Below the pieces are notes generated by a model. It did no database searches. It was not told where the DNA came from and saw only the letters and a program-made list of their open reading frames with translations. This document shows positions 1-13,500 of a DNA stretch of 64,000 nucleotides, one piece after another (the stretch's first letter is position 1; each line of letters starts with the position of its first letter). Position numbers and translations under genes: made by a program. This stretch comes from Endomicrobiales bacterium (lineage in GTDB: Bacteria > Elusimicrobiota > Endomicrobiia > Endomicrobiales > JAFGIL01). The stretch is taken from positions 38,415-102,414 of the forward strand of contig JAFGIL010000004.1 in assembly GCA_016929635.1 (NCBI GenBank), given 5' to 3'.

Positions 1-1
1 T

Positions 2-1559
2 ATCCGGTGTTTCATCTGCTCTTAATTCCGGACCGGATCCCGGCGGGCTATAGGTTTCGCTTGCACGGGTGTCTTTATAATACAACTTTGAATACCATGT
101 ATTGCTTGCAACTTCAACCTGAGTTGTTATACCAGCGGCGAATGGATCGCTTGATGATGAAAAATCGTAATAGTCATTATCAGGAGATGGGAGCCTGTTA
201 GACGTTAAATTGATGAAAATCGTATACGTAGAAATTGCCGGATTGCCGAACTGATCCTGAGGTTCAATTTCAAACTCGCAAACAGGATCCGTTTCTGTCC
301 CTAACCATCCTGCTTCCAATGTATGCACAGGATTATCAAATGCAAGCTTTACGGTTTCGGAATGGTCAACCGTTATACTGCTGACCGCAGTCTGATATCC
401 TCCTTTGATACCTTGTATGGTCCATTTACCCGGACGGCTGTCCTCTCCTGTTGGATAAGAAGACATTTCATCGTAATAATAGAACTGTGCATCATAAGAA
501 CCAAGTTGAATTACAACCTGGGTTACTACCTGATCACTCGGCCATCTGAATTCACCGCTAGGTGAATTTGTTACAAGGCTTACAGTAGTCCTTTCATATT
601 TGGAAGGATTGTTAAAGTCATCATACTGTGCAACTGTTATAGCGGGTGTTAAGCTTCCTGCTTCGAGATTGGACGGTACATTGCTGAACAATAATTTTGA
701 AGGTTCTCCTCCTGTTGTTACAATTTTGCCTGATATATTCTTGTACTGTGAATAGAAACCCGCAGGTATAGTAGTCGGGGCTGCATAAGTTGCAATCCAG
801 ATCCTCGCATAATCGTCGGCTTTGCTGGATACATAGTAGTATAAGGCGGGGCTCAACCCAACGCGGCCTGCACTGTCAGTGGTTGTTGAGGACCATATGG
901 TTCCGGGTGTTTCATCGGGATTTTTCTCCCTTATAGTCCCTGTTGAACCATAAACATCTTTTACTTCCATATATAATGTTACACCCTGTGAAGAAACTTT
1001 ATTATTAAATGAATCCACCATTTGCCCGATAATCTGTATGTTTCCGTACTGGTTCGGAGAGTCTTTTCCGGCAGAGACTTCCGTATCGTGAACAGGAGTG
1101 CCTGTATTAACTGTACTTGTAGATATTACTACCTTACTGAATGCACCGGATTTTACATAAACCTGTGGATTAGAAACCCATCCCGGAACATCTGAAGAAA
1201 TCGTGCTAACAGCCGAATCCCTCACTTTTATCCAGCGTTTATCCGAAGTGCTTTCAGATGCTCTTCTTAATGTGACTCCGTTTACAAACGTCACGGTTCC
1301 GGAATCTGACTGTACCCAAGTATAATCACCTGCATCAGTAGGCAATGTGGCGGTTTGCGGGTCAGGATAAGATTCTGCTTCGAAATGTATTGATCTTCCG
1401 ACGGAATTATCCCAGCTTATTCCCGTTGAAACATGGTTGTGATACTGGTCATAAGCCTGCACTTTAACAGTAAATGCCGATCCTGCGGTCGAGGTTGAAA
1501 CAGTATTTATAAACTTATAATGATGCAAATCATGAGGCCATACGCGCACATATGAAGAA
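2..1559 (-). repeat. Type-3 modules (classical Big_1/invasin-like AG-x-x-F-x-V-x-V-x-A-x-D-x-(Y/F)-x-N units without the LLPGE prefix), continuing beyond the window
   Basis: The translation contains HHYKFINTVSTSTAGSAFTVKVQAYDQYHNHV, KLLFSNVPSNLEAGSLTPAITVAQYDDFNNP and KLAFDNPVHTLEAGWLGTETDPVCEFEIEPQDQFGNPA. The frame is still open at position 2. Confidence 0.6.
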
Positions 1560-4500
1560 GTGCTGGAAATATAATCTGTACCTACACCGTCAATGTCAAC
1601 AGCAACAACCGTCCATGTAGTAGCTGCTGTCCTCGGGAAAGTCTGGAACTCATTTTTACCGTCAACAAGAGTATTGCTTCCGGGCTGGGTATCCTGAGGA
1701 TCCCATGTTAATATCTGGACTTCAGGCTCATTGAGCATAACTCTGTTGTAATAATTATCGGTTAAATAAACTGTTGTAATTAGCAACTGTCCGGCAACTC
1801 TTGTTTGAGGGGTACCTGATCTTCCTGTAAATGAACCTGGTTTATATGTTTCACCGGGCACTAAAGCCAATAATCTTGCAGCTGTGGAGTTCGTTACTGT
1901 AAACTGCGGTGAACTGTCCGAAGTATACGTCGAGCCGATATCAACAGCAGTCACAATATGATCGGTCGAAGATTTTCTTAAAGTTAAATCGAAATAATTT
2001 ATACCTGATTGCAATGTCAAGGTATCTGGCTCAACATCATATGGATCTGAAGAATTCACATGAACTTCAGGTTGAGAAGCGGTTGGGTGGATATTATAGA
2101 ACTGGTCAACGAGATTTACTGTTGCTTCAAAAGTCTTACCAGCTGTTTGTACTGAAGGTGTGCCTGTCTTGCCATACGGCGGAGAATTAATTCCGTTATT
2201 CCATTTACCAGGCACGGCTGTTTCGCCCGGCAGCAATATCTGTAAACGATCAGCATCTGCAGGCAGACATTCAAATACCGTTGAATCATTCGGATCATAG
2301 TATGGAGGAGTTGCATCAGAATCTGTTGCTCTTATATAATGATATGTGGCAGCCCGGGTTAAAGTGAAATAGAACGTATCATAGCCGTCTGCATTATTAA
2401 GTGATTTGGTTGACTCATCAACTGCATAATATGGATCAATAGGATCGTCTGCCTCTGCAATAACCGGTGTATTAGCTTTTTTGTTGTAGTATTGATCACA
2501 TATAGCTACCTTGACAGGGAACTGAGTTCCTGCTGTCTGCACATCAGGAGTTCCGCTCTTTCCTCCATTCGGCACGTCTCCTCCGTCAAACTGTTCTCCT
2601 TCAAGTAATACCAATAAAACATCCGCGGTACCAGCCATTACCGTCATGCCTGATGAAATATGTAATTCAAAATCTGGTTGATCCTGCGGATTATCAATAT
2701 CATCCACGTATATATAAGTCTTAGTAGTCCCTGTAGAAGCGGTAAATAGTGTTACATTGACTGTTGTTGAAGTGTTGATTAAACCTTCCCATGTCGGATT
2801 TGTATCATTTGGATCAGAAGTCCAGACTCTTACAGTGGCTGTATCCGGAGTTAAATTCCAGTAGTCGTCACAAATCCTGACTGTAGCAGCAAACTGTGCA
2901 CCTGCGGTTCTGGTAGTTGGAGTACCCTGACGACCGCTGCCTGAACCAGGATTAGGCGATTCACCGGGGACCAAAACCTGCAGTTTAATAGGATTGCCGG
3001 ATATAACGTCAAAAGATGAAGATTGATGAGTAGTAAGGTCCGGGTATACAGCATCATCTGTTGCTGTAACAGTTGTTGGCTGCATTGTTTTTACAGTGCA
3101 TGACGCAACCGCAACACCGTTTGACATAGGAGTTGCACCTGGATTAGTATCGTTAAGGTCAGACGTTGCAACAACCGGGTTCTGAGTAACTGTACTTACT
3201 ACATTGTAATAGTCATCTATGGCATAAACCGTAGCATAAAACTCCTGACCCGCTGTTTGCGCACTTGGTGAACCTGTTCTTCCTATTGGTGTGGTGTTTT
3301 TACCATTAACCTGGGTTTCTCCAGGTAAAACAACAAGGTATTGACCTGCCTCGTTTGGTTTTACGAACACAGGTGAAGATGTACCCACTGTATATCCTCC
3401 GCCTGTTGCTGTTAATGTATGAGTTGCAGATTGCACAAGATTTACGTCAAACTGTCTTGACCCCTTGTAAAGCGTTTGAGGAGTTGGCGGTGTCCAGTAG
3501 CTGTCAGATGAACCTATGCTGACGGAAGGCATCGAACCTTCGGTAACCTTATTCCAATAACTATCACACAAAGTGACTATAACCGGGAACTGCTCGTTTG
3601 CCGTATCGCCTGCAACCTGCTGTGAAACAGTTCCTGTTTTTCCTTTAGAGAAACCCGGGGCTGCTGTTTCACCAGGCAAAATTACCTGTAGTTTTGTTGC
3701 TGTATTGTAACCGACATAAACAGGAGATGATACACACAAAGTAAGCGTCGGGGTTGTCTCAGCATCAACAGCAGTGACAGTCCACGTATCTGCTGTTACC
3801 ATATTTACAATATACGTTGTCACTCCGTTTTCCAACGGCTTGGTTGACGGATGCACATCGTACGGATCATCTGTATTAATCCCGACCTGCGTTCCTAATG
3901 CCACAAGGTTCCAATATTTATCAACAGCGCGAGTTGTTACTGTAAATGCATTTCCTGCAGTTCTTCTGGTAGGAGAACCCTGTTTCCCTCCACCGGTTAT
4001 ATACGGAGGTTTTCCGGGTTCATAATTTTCGCCCGGCAACAACACCTGAAGTTTAACAGCATCTGATGAAACCAATGTCAATACAGAGCTTGTATACGGG
4101 GTCATCGTCGGTGTCTGTGTGTCTTCTATCAGGAATGTGTGTGTAGTTGCAGTATATAATGTATGCGTTGTTATAACTTTTGCATACTGATCCAATCCTG
4201 TATTCTGATAACCAACGGGCAAATCATCGTAATTATCTGTAGATGTCAAACGTACAACTGAAGTTTCATCCGGTACCCAGTTCCAGTATGTATCACAACC
4301 ATAAGTAGTTACGTTAAATGCTATTCCAGCAGTCAGATTCGAAGGAGTTCCTCCCTTTCCTGTACTGCCGGGCTGGTACGTTTCACCCGGCAACAGTGCC
4401 AGCAATTTCTTAGAAGTAGCTTCTGAGTTAACCCATATTGGTGTTGAAATATAAGGCTGCAGGAAGTTTACAAAACAGGGAGTCCATGAAGCACTTAAAG

Positions 4501-7500
4501 TTGAATAGGTATTTGCCGTGACGAAGAATATATTGTTAAAGACCTTTGACCCTCCAACACCGCTAGTTTCCAGCTGATCAACTATTACGCCCGTAGGATC
4601 ATTCGGATCACTTGATTCTAAATTAATTGTTGGGCTTGAGTTGGTCAGGTTCCACCACTCATCAACCGCACGCACGGTAACTTCCAGAGGGGCTCCTGCC
4701 AGGAAGTCAGTGTCAGGATATCCTGTTTTACCTATCGGTTCAATGTTATATTTACCCTGAGTTGGTGTTTCTCCGGGAACAACAATCTGGAGATAGTACG
4801 GGCTATTTGCAATAACATCAATGTTTCCGGTATTGTCACTTGTATACCCACTGGCTGTAGCTGATGCAACCGTGACTTTTTTGGTCACAAGAGTTAGCCA
4901 GAATGTCGTTGTTCCGTTAAGCAATTCCTTAGGTGCAGGCTCGTATTCAACGTCGTCATATAAATCGTTTGTAGTTACAGTGACTGCCGGGTTTGTGCTT
5001 ATTGGATTGAAATACTGGTCACAAGCATTTACAGTTACCTTAAACGGCACACCCGCGGTCTGCACAGTAGGAGATCCCTGTTTACCATAAGGAGCAACCG
5101 CTCCTTCCCCGCCAGAAAACTCCCCAGGTAAAGCTGTTTCACCCGGTGCAAGTATCTGCATAACTGACGGATTTCCCGGTTTAATATAAACACCGTTTGA
5201 AGTTGCTGAGCTTATTTGTCCACTGCCGTATGTTGCACCTATTGTCTGAGTAGAGTACGTTACCATTGTTAAGTTAAAGTCTTTTATTCCGTAATTCAAT
5301 CCTCCCTGAATAGGGGGGGTTTCATCATCGTAGGGATCAGAAGTATTAAGAGTAACGAGTCCGCCCATATCATCCCTTAAATTATAGTAATAGTCGGTTC
5401 CATATACTGTTATTGCAAATGGTATTCCTGCTGTTTTTTGTGCGGGAGGATTAAGTTTCCCTCCTGTTCCATTATAAGGAGGTTTACCCGGCGTATAATC
5501 TTCTCCAGGTAATACTACATGTAATCTGTTTGGAGTTGAAACACCGACTTCAAATACCGTTGATGTACTAGCTTGATAATAAGGAGGACTGTCATAAATT
5601 TCCTCAGTATCATATGCAAATAAATAATGATATGTATTTGCTGTGACAAGAGTTAATCCGTATATCTGATCTCCGTCATCCAATGATGTTGTAGAGGGCT
5701 CAACATCCCATACATCATTTGAACGTACGGTTACTTCCGGATTAGCTGCTGAGTTCTTATTCCATAATATATCAGTACAATTTACTGTTGCATAGAATAA
5801 CTGTCCGGCTGTCTGAACACTTGGTGTGCCTTCTTTACCTATTCCTGTATTAGGTTTAGCGGTTTCGCCAGGTAATAATATTTGCAGCCTGTCTGCGTCT
5901 CTCGGATCAACACTAATTTTGTCGGAATCAACCAAATCATAAAACTGCCCTGTTTCTGTACCTTCAGCAGTCAATATATGAGAAGTATTTCCTGTTACGA
6001 GTGTAATGGTATATATTGTTGTACCGCCTACAAGTGTCTGTATCCTGGGATCCCATGAATATTGAGGTAATCCTGAACCTATATTATCATTCGGATCAGA
6101 AGATGTTAATTCAACGTTCGGCTGGCCATCAATCATTATATTATTATATCTATCAGTGCAGTATACTTTAACATCAAAACTATATCCTGCTGTCTGCGGA
6201 GTAGGAGTGCCATTCATTCCTGTAGGTGAACCTGGCAAATGGTTCTGGCCTTCCGGCATTACTAAATACTTAAGGTCAGGCCATCTGTCGCTTGCAGGTT
6301 TAACAGTTACTGATGATCTGGATACTATATATCCACTTGCGCTAACATAGAAGGTAGTTCTTCCTTCCAGGTTCTGGTATAAAGTAGCTTTTTTCAAACT
6401 GAATTCAAACTGTTTATAACCTCCTTGGAGAGCGGTCGGTAGCGGATTTCCGGTATAATCAGATTGTTTTGTGATTGTTACAACAGGCATAGGCGCTATG
6501 TTTGGATTAATGTTCCAGTATTTGTCGCAAACGGTAACCGTAACATAGAACGATGTTCCTGCTGTGAGGACCTGAGGATTGTTAACAGCACCACCAGGAT
6601 ACCATCCTCCTGTAACAGGCGCATAAGGAGGATTTCCAGGTGTATGTACTTGTCCAGGCATTAATAACATTAAATAAGTGGACTCTGTTGTATCTCTAGG
6701 CCCTACTGGGACAGTCGTATTACCATTGTTAAGGAATGCAGAGCCAGGCGTTACATCTTGAGCTGTTAGTGTTGTATTTCTATTGTTTGTATTTAATGCA
6801 CCAGCATTTCCTATGATTAATGTCGATCTAAATACAGCATAACCATTTTGAGCTTCCTGGTCAGCAGGAGTATCTGAATAGGTATCATCAGACGTTAACC
6901 TTATTGTCTGTGTCGAACCGTCAACAACGTTCCATTGATTATCTGTAATGTACACTGTAACATCAAAACCTTCACCTGCTGTTTGTACGCTGGGTGTTCC
7001 GGATTTACCTGTTCCTGAACCAGGCAATAAAGATTCACCTGGCAAAAGTATCAGCAATTCGCTGGGCGGTGCGGCTAAAACTTTTACATTGGTGGAAATA
7101 TGCGGTGCAAGATTTGTATATGATGCACCAGTATCAGTTGAAACAGTTATCTTCCATCCTGTAGTTGTAGCAGTTATAAGCGATGTGTATATCTCCTCCT
7201 GTCCGTCGCTGAACTCAATCGGCCCTGTTGGAGGTACATAATATGGATCATCTGTCGCTAATTTAACTCTGGTAGTAACTCCTGCAGATACTCTGTTCCA
7301 ATATTTGTCTGTAACCCTGACCGTCACCTGATTAGATATGCCCGCTGTCCATTGAGAAGGCGTTCCTTCTTTACCGTTAGACGAACCTGGAACCGGAGTT
7401 TCTCCCTGAACCATTATCTGAAGTTTTTGTGCTGTACCGTACGTTGATGGAATTGCAGGGGTTATGTAAGAAGAAAGAACATTACCCTCTGCTGTTGAAA

Positions 7501-10500
7501 CCTTAATAGTATATGACTCGCCTACGCCGCGATGGAACTCTACAGTATCAAAAGTAATGTATCCGTCTGAAGTATAAGCACTGCTTGGATGAACGTCATA
7601 AGGATCACTCGTTATTATTCCGATTTTTGCACTCGTGCTTTCTACCAGGTTCCATTCAGAGTCAGTTATATATACCGTCACTGTAAATGGAACACCTGCC
7701 GTTTGTGCCATGACAGTTCCTGTCTTACCCGGTGTTGCAGTGCCTCCTGAACCAGGTTCATGTTGTTCGTTTGGTACAAGACAAAGCAGTTTAGTCGGAG
7801 TGCTAACATCTACAAGGATATCAGCCGTTGTATAATCAGTATATGCCCCACAATCCGCATTAATCGTCCATCCGTCAGTCGTAGCTGTCTTTAAAGTTGA
7901 GGAGAAAGTACGTTTTCCACTAATTAAAGCAGCACCGTTATCCGTGAATGTCCCATAGTTATCCGTTGTTGTTAAGCTTATATTTGGAGTTACGTTGCAT
8001 ACGTTCCAATAGTCATCGCATGCCCTTACCTGAACGCTAAATGAAGCGCCTGCAGTTTGTGTATCAGGGCTTGATGAATCAAGTTTTCCTACCTGGCCGG
8101 AAGTCTTACCAGGAGCAGCTGTCTCACCTGGTATTATTATCTGCAATTGTTTGCAAACGTTAGGAGCTACATAGATGGCAGTACTTGTATAAGCGGTATA
8201 ATTAGGATCCACTCCGTCCACATCGGCTGCCCTGATAGTCCATGTGCTAGGATTAAGAGGATCACTGCCAGCAGTAAATAATGTGATGTTAAATGTTGTA
8301 GTACCATTGGATAAAGTGTGCGATGAAGGATGGGTATCATAAGGATCTGTTGTTGTTATTCCAACCCACGGCACATTTAATGACAGCTGATTCCAATATC
8401 TGTCAACAAGATTAACCGTTACGACAAACTCATCTCCTGCAGTCCTTGTAGTAGGCGTACCCTGTTTTCCATAAGGAGCAGGGTTACTGCCGCCGACACC
8501 GGAATTATCCCATTTGCCGGACTGAGAAGATTCGCCAGGTACAAGTAATTGTAATTTATAGTAAGCTGAATTGTTGTTCGGAACTACCGTCAAATCAGGG
8601 CTTGAAGTATCCGTAGTTAGAACCGGGGTCGATTCGGCATCAAATGCAGTTATAGTATGGTCATTATCTGCAGTAACCAGGGTTACCTTAAATACTGTAG
8701 TACCCATAAGCAATGAAGTTGTAGCCGGATGAATGTCCCAGCTGTCGGATGTTTCAATCCTGACTAATGAATTATCCGGCGCTAAGTTCCAGTTACTGTC
8801 AACGGAACGGACTGTTACATTGAACTCTATACCTGCTGTCTGGTTAATCGGCGTACCGGATTTACCGGTCTCGGAACCGGGTACCGGCGTTTGATCGGGC
8901 AATAAAACCTGCAATTTAGCAGGTGTATTTGCTTCTACCGTTAAAGAATCAGAAATATTGGATGTCATATATGGAGTCTCTTTATCAAGAGCCTGTATAG
9001 TATGACCTGAACCCACAGTTAAAAGCGTTACCCAGAAATGAGTTGTTCCGTTATGCAGTTGTCTGGTTGACGGATGGACATCGTAAAGGTCAGAAGTAGC
9101 AATACATACGCTGGACCCGTCAGCAGGCTGGAAGTTAAAGTTATCGTCGCATGCATTAACTGTTACTTTGAAAGCAATTCCTGCTGTTTGATTTATCGGA
9201 ACGCCATCCCTGCCGTCGCCTGTTCCCCACTGTTCTGTTTGATTAGGCAGTAAAACCAATAATCTCGTAGCACTGTCCGGATCAACCGGTATCTGCGGAG
9301 ATGTATAGTTTGAATAACCTGCAACATCTGCATTTATTGTCCAGCCGGTATCATTTCTGGTTATGAAAGTTACTGAGTATACGGTTGAGCCGTTTATTAA
9401 ATCCTGTGAATCCAGAATCGGGTCATTAGGATCTCCCGTTGTCAAATCAACGCTTGTCGGATTCTTCCCTGAATGCCTGTTCCACCAGTAATCACATGCC
9501 CTGACAGTTACATTAAACGGTTCTCCTGCTGTTTGCGTATCAACCGTTGTACTGGTTTTACCTCCGGTATTACCCGTATACGGGGGTTTTCCTGGTGCAG
9601 GAGTTTCGCTGGGCACTAATACCTGCAACCTGTCATTTGCCGTGCTGTTATTCGGATTAACAGGGATATTCGCAGAAGTGTAGCTTGTCATTGCTCCTTC
9701 ATGATGTGCTGCTACTGTCCATCCGGAGTTGTTCCAGTTATAAATATCGGTTGCTGATACGAACGTAAGAGTAAACGTTGTTGTACCGTTTAAAAGAGTC
9801 TGTGTGCCTGGCTCAATGTCATAACTATCATTTGTATGCACCCATACAGACGTAAACGAAGATTTTTTGTTCCACCACTGATCAACGGAATTAACGGTTA
9901 TTACCAGCGATTGCCCTGCAGTCTGGGTATCCGGCGTTCCTGATTTACCATAAGGAACCACATTATGCTTTCCACCCACAGCGGTTTCACCCGGAGCTAA
10001 TACAATCAATTTAGTGGGGGTATTAGCAGTAACAGTAACATGATGTACTTCATAAGGAGTTAAAGGATCTAAGTCAGTATCTGTTGCAGTGACTGTATGC
10101 GTTCCTGCGCTTACCAATGTTAATTCTATCTCAGCTTGTCCTGCTATAAGGTCTTCAGCGCCCGGCGGTGTATAATATAGATCTGTCGAAGTTAACTCAA
10201 CGTGAGCGGCAGCATTTATTCGTTTGTTCCAGTAGTCATCACATCCATACACTGTTACATTAAACGGTGTTCCTGCTGTACGTATAGAAGGCTTCCCAAT
10301 TTTCCCTGTGGATGAACCAGGGACATATGTTTCGCCAGGTAAAATTGCCATAAGCATAGTAGCAGTTGAAGCAACGACTGATGCTTGCGAACTTACGTAT
10401 GCATCGTACTCGATACCGACCGAGTCGATATCAGTTGTAGTTATTGTATATGTTCCTGACTTAACCAGCGTTATATTAAACTTCCTGGTGCCATTTGTTA

Positions 10501-13500
10501 ACTGGCCGCTGGGGCTGCTGTCGTAAGGATCAGAAGTTACTACACTTACAACAGGATTGCCTTCTTCCGGAGCTATGCCGAATAATGTATCGTCAACCCT
10601 GTTCCAATAATGGTCACATGCATGAACAGTTATCTCAAACTGCGTACCGGCAGTTTGTTCGGCAGGCGACCCTGTTTTACCACCTGAATTATTGGTATAC
10701 AGACCAAACTCTCCTGACTTACCCCAGGCTGCTTGCTCTCCGGGCAGCAATATCTGTAATTTACGCGGTTTGCCCTCTCCCGGTTCATCCGGTGCCGGAC
10801 CTACTTCAACCAAAGCAGACTGTTCTGTAATATAGCTTCCAGGGTTAAAATCATCACCTGCAATCATCCATCCGGAAGTAGTAGCAGTAACCAATGTCCA
10901 GGTTTTTGTTAATGAATAATTATTTCCTATGTTTAAAGTGTCTTCCACATTGTTTGGTGAATCGTAAGGATCATCGGCAGTCAATCTTACATATATATCC
11001 TGCCCCGGATCTACATTTGTATTATGGTATTCATCAGTAACCTGTATTGTTAAATTAAATTCTTTCCCTGCAGTCATTACATCCGGACTTCCCGATTTAC
11101 CTCCGGTAAATAAATTCAAGTTATACGTGGGTTTTCCGGGAGCTGCGCTTTCTCCTTCTACTAATAACTGTAATCTGGCAGCAACATCAGGATCAATATC
11201 TATGCCCTGGCTTTGCTGTTGCAATAAGGTTCCAGTCATAGATTGAGCTCTTATATATCTGTAGTTATTTGCTGTATAGAAAATTGCCGAAAATGTCGTC
11301 GAGTTAATAAGTGTTTTTGTCGAAGGTGTTACAGTTGCATACGGATCAACAGCGGGATCTATCAGTGGATCAACATCCACTATAATATTTGTTGAAGACA
11401 CATTCCAGTAATTATCGCATGCGTTTACCGTAACTTTGAATTCTGTACCCGCAGTTTGATTTATTGTAGAGCTTGTATCCTTTCCATAAGGCGCTGAAGC
11501 ACTTCCGCTTCTTGCTCCTGTCCACTTACCAGGAACATTCTGCTGATTTGGCACAAGCACCTGAAGCCTGCTGGCAGCGGCAGGTAAAACAGTGAAGAAT
11601 GCCGTTGTTGTAGAATCATAAACCGGTGATATCTCATCAACATCATCCGCCTGGATTCTCTGCGACGTTGCAATAAAAGGCTTGTAAGCTACACTGTCAA
11701 AAACAGCTCTACCTTCAACCATTTGCTTGCTTGAAGGCAGTATTGAGTACGGATCATCCAATGCATCCAGCTCAACCCATGGGGCAACTCCGCTCAGCCT
11801 GTTCCATTGATCATCAACGGCATATACGGTAACAACAAGATTGTTTCCTGCTGTAATTGATGACGGAGGCCCTGATTTTCCATTAGTATGTCCGGGCAGG
11901 CATGTTTCTCCTGGGAGTAATGTCATTAATCTGGAATCATTTGTATCCGGATCAATATCTATTCCTGAAACTGTCTGGGATGACCAGTAAATTTCTTCGT
12001 CTGAATATGCCGTCAAGTCATGCGTAATTGAAACAATATTGCTATTATCTGTCCTTGCCTTGCGCAGTGTGATGGATATTGTCTGATCTCCGCCTGACAA
12101 GTTCGCTGAAGGAACCGATGGAACTATGTACGGATCGGTTGATTGTATTTTTACATTTGCCGTACCTGTGGAATTAAAGTTCCAATATTTATCAACCGAA
12201 CGGACAGTAACAACAAATGATGTACCAGATGTCTTGGTCGAAGGCACTCCGGACTTACCAGCTGAAGTTCCAGGAGCCGGGGTTTCGTTTGAATCTACTA
12301 ATAACTGCAATCCAACAATAGGCGCAGGATCTACGTCAATATCCGGGCTTGTATCAGAATTATAACTTGTTCCGTTTCCTAAAGTATCTGTAACTTCAAC
12401 ATTTCTATCCGTCGGGCCACCTGTCTGGTCAGTAGACACTTTATAGAAAACGGTAAAGAGTTTAGTTCCATTTGAAAGCGTTGCATCTATAGGATCCATT
12501 TCAATGGCATAATCGTTATCCGCATCTATATCAACGCTGACTTCAGGCATGGTTGCATTTTTTACCTTGTTAAAATATTTGTCTACAAGATTTACCGTTA
12601 TATAATAGCTTGTACCTGCATCAAGGGTTGAAGGATAATTATCTTTACCGTAAGGCACTCCCGAGCCATAATAATTTGATTCAGGTTCATTTGCCTTACC
12701 TGGTACTGCAATTTCTCCGGGCACCAAAACCTGCAAATCTTCGGCTGTTGTCGGTGATATATAAATACCGTTTGAAGTATCGCTGGAAATGGAAGGACCG
12801 CTGAATACTTTTGCTGAAACATACTGAGTGGCTGCTGTAATGAGTGTTACCGTAAATCTCGTGGTCCCTCCGGATAAAGGCCTTGTGCTCGGATGAATGT
12901 CCCAAGGATCCGAAGTTACGATTTCTATATCTGCTGTCACGTTAGTTTTTAAATTCCAGTAATAATCTACTGCATCTACGGTAACTTCAAAGGAAGTTCC
13001 TGCAGTCTGAGATGTCGTTGTTGTAGTTGATCGCCCACCTTCAAAGTGCGGCGGATCATAAGGAGGTTTACCCCATGCCCTGGTTTGTCCAGGTACAAGC
13101 ATTAGAAGTTTATTCACTGACCCCGCAGCAACCGGCACTGAGACAGGGGTTGTATACTGAGTCCATGCTGTTGATCCAATATCAGTAGCTGTTATATTCT
13201 GATTACCGCTTGTGACAAAGGTCAAACTGTATGTGGTCGTGCCTTGAGGAAGCCCTGCACCGCTAAGCAGTTGTTTATCCTGCTGCGCAGGTGAATCATA
13301 CGGATCAGCTGTTGTTAATCTAACATTTGTGCTTGTTGAAGGAACAATATTCCAGTATCTGTCACACGCGTCAGCTGTAACAACAAATGCGTTTCCTGCT
13401 GTTCTTGTAGAAGGTGTACCTGAAATACCATTTGATTGGCCTGGAGCACGGCTTACGCCCGGAACAATAATTCTAAGTTTTTCCGGATCAGACGGAGAAA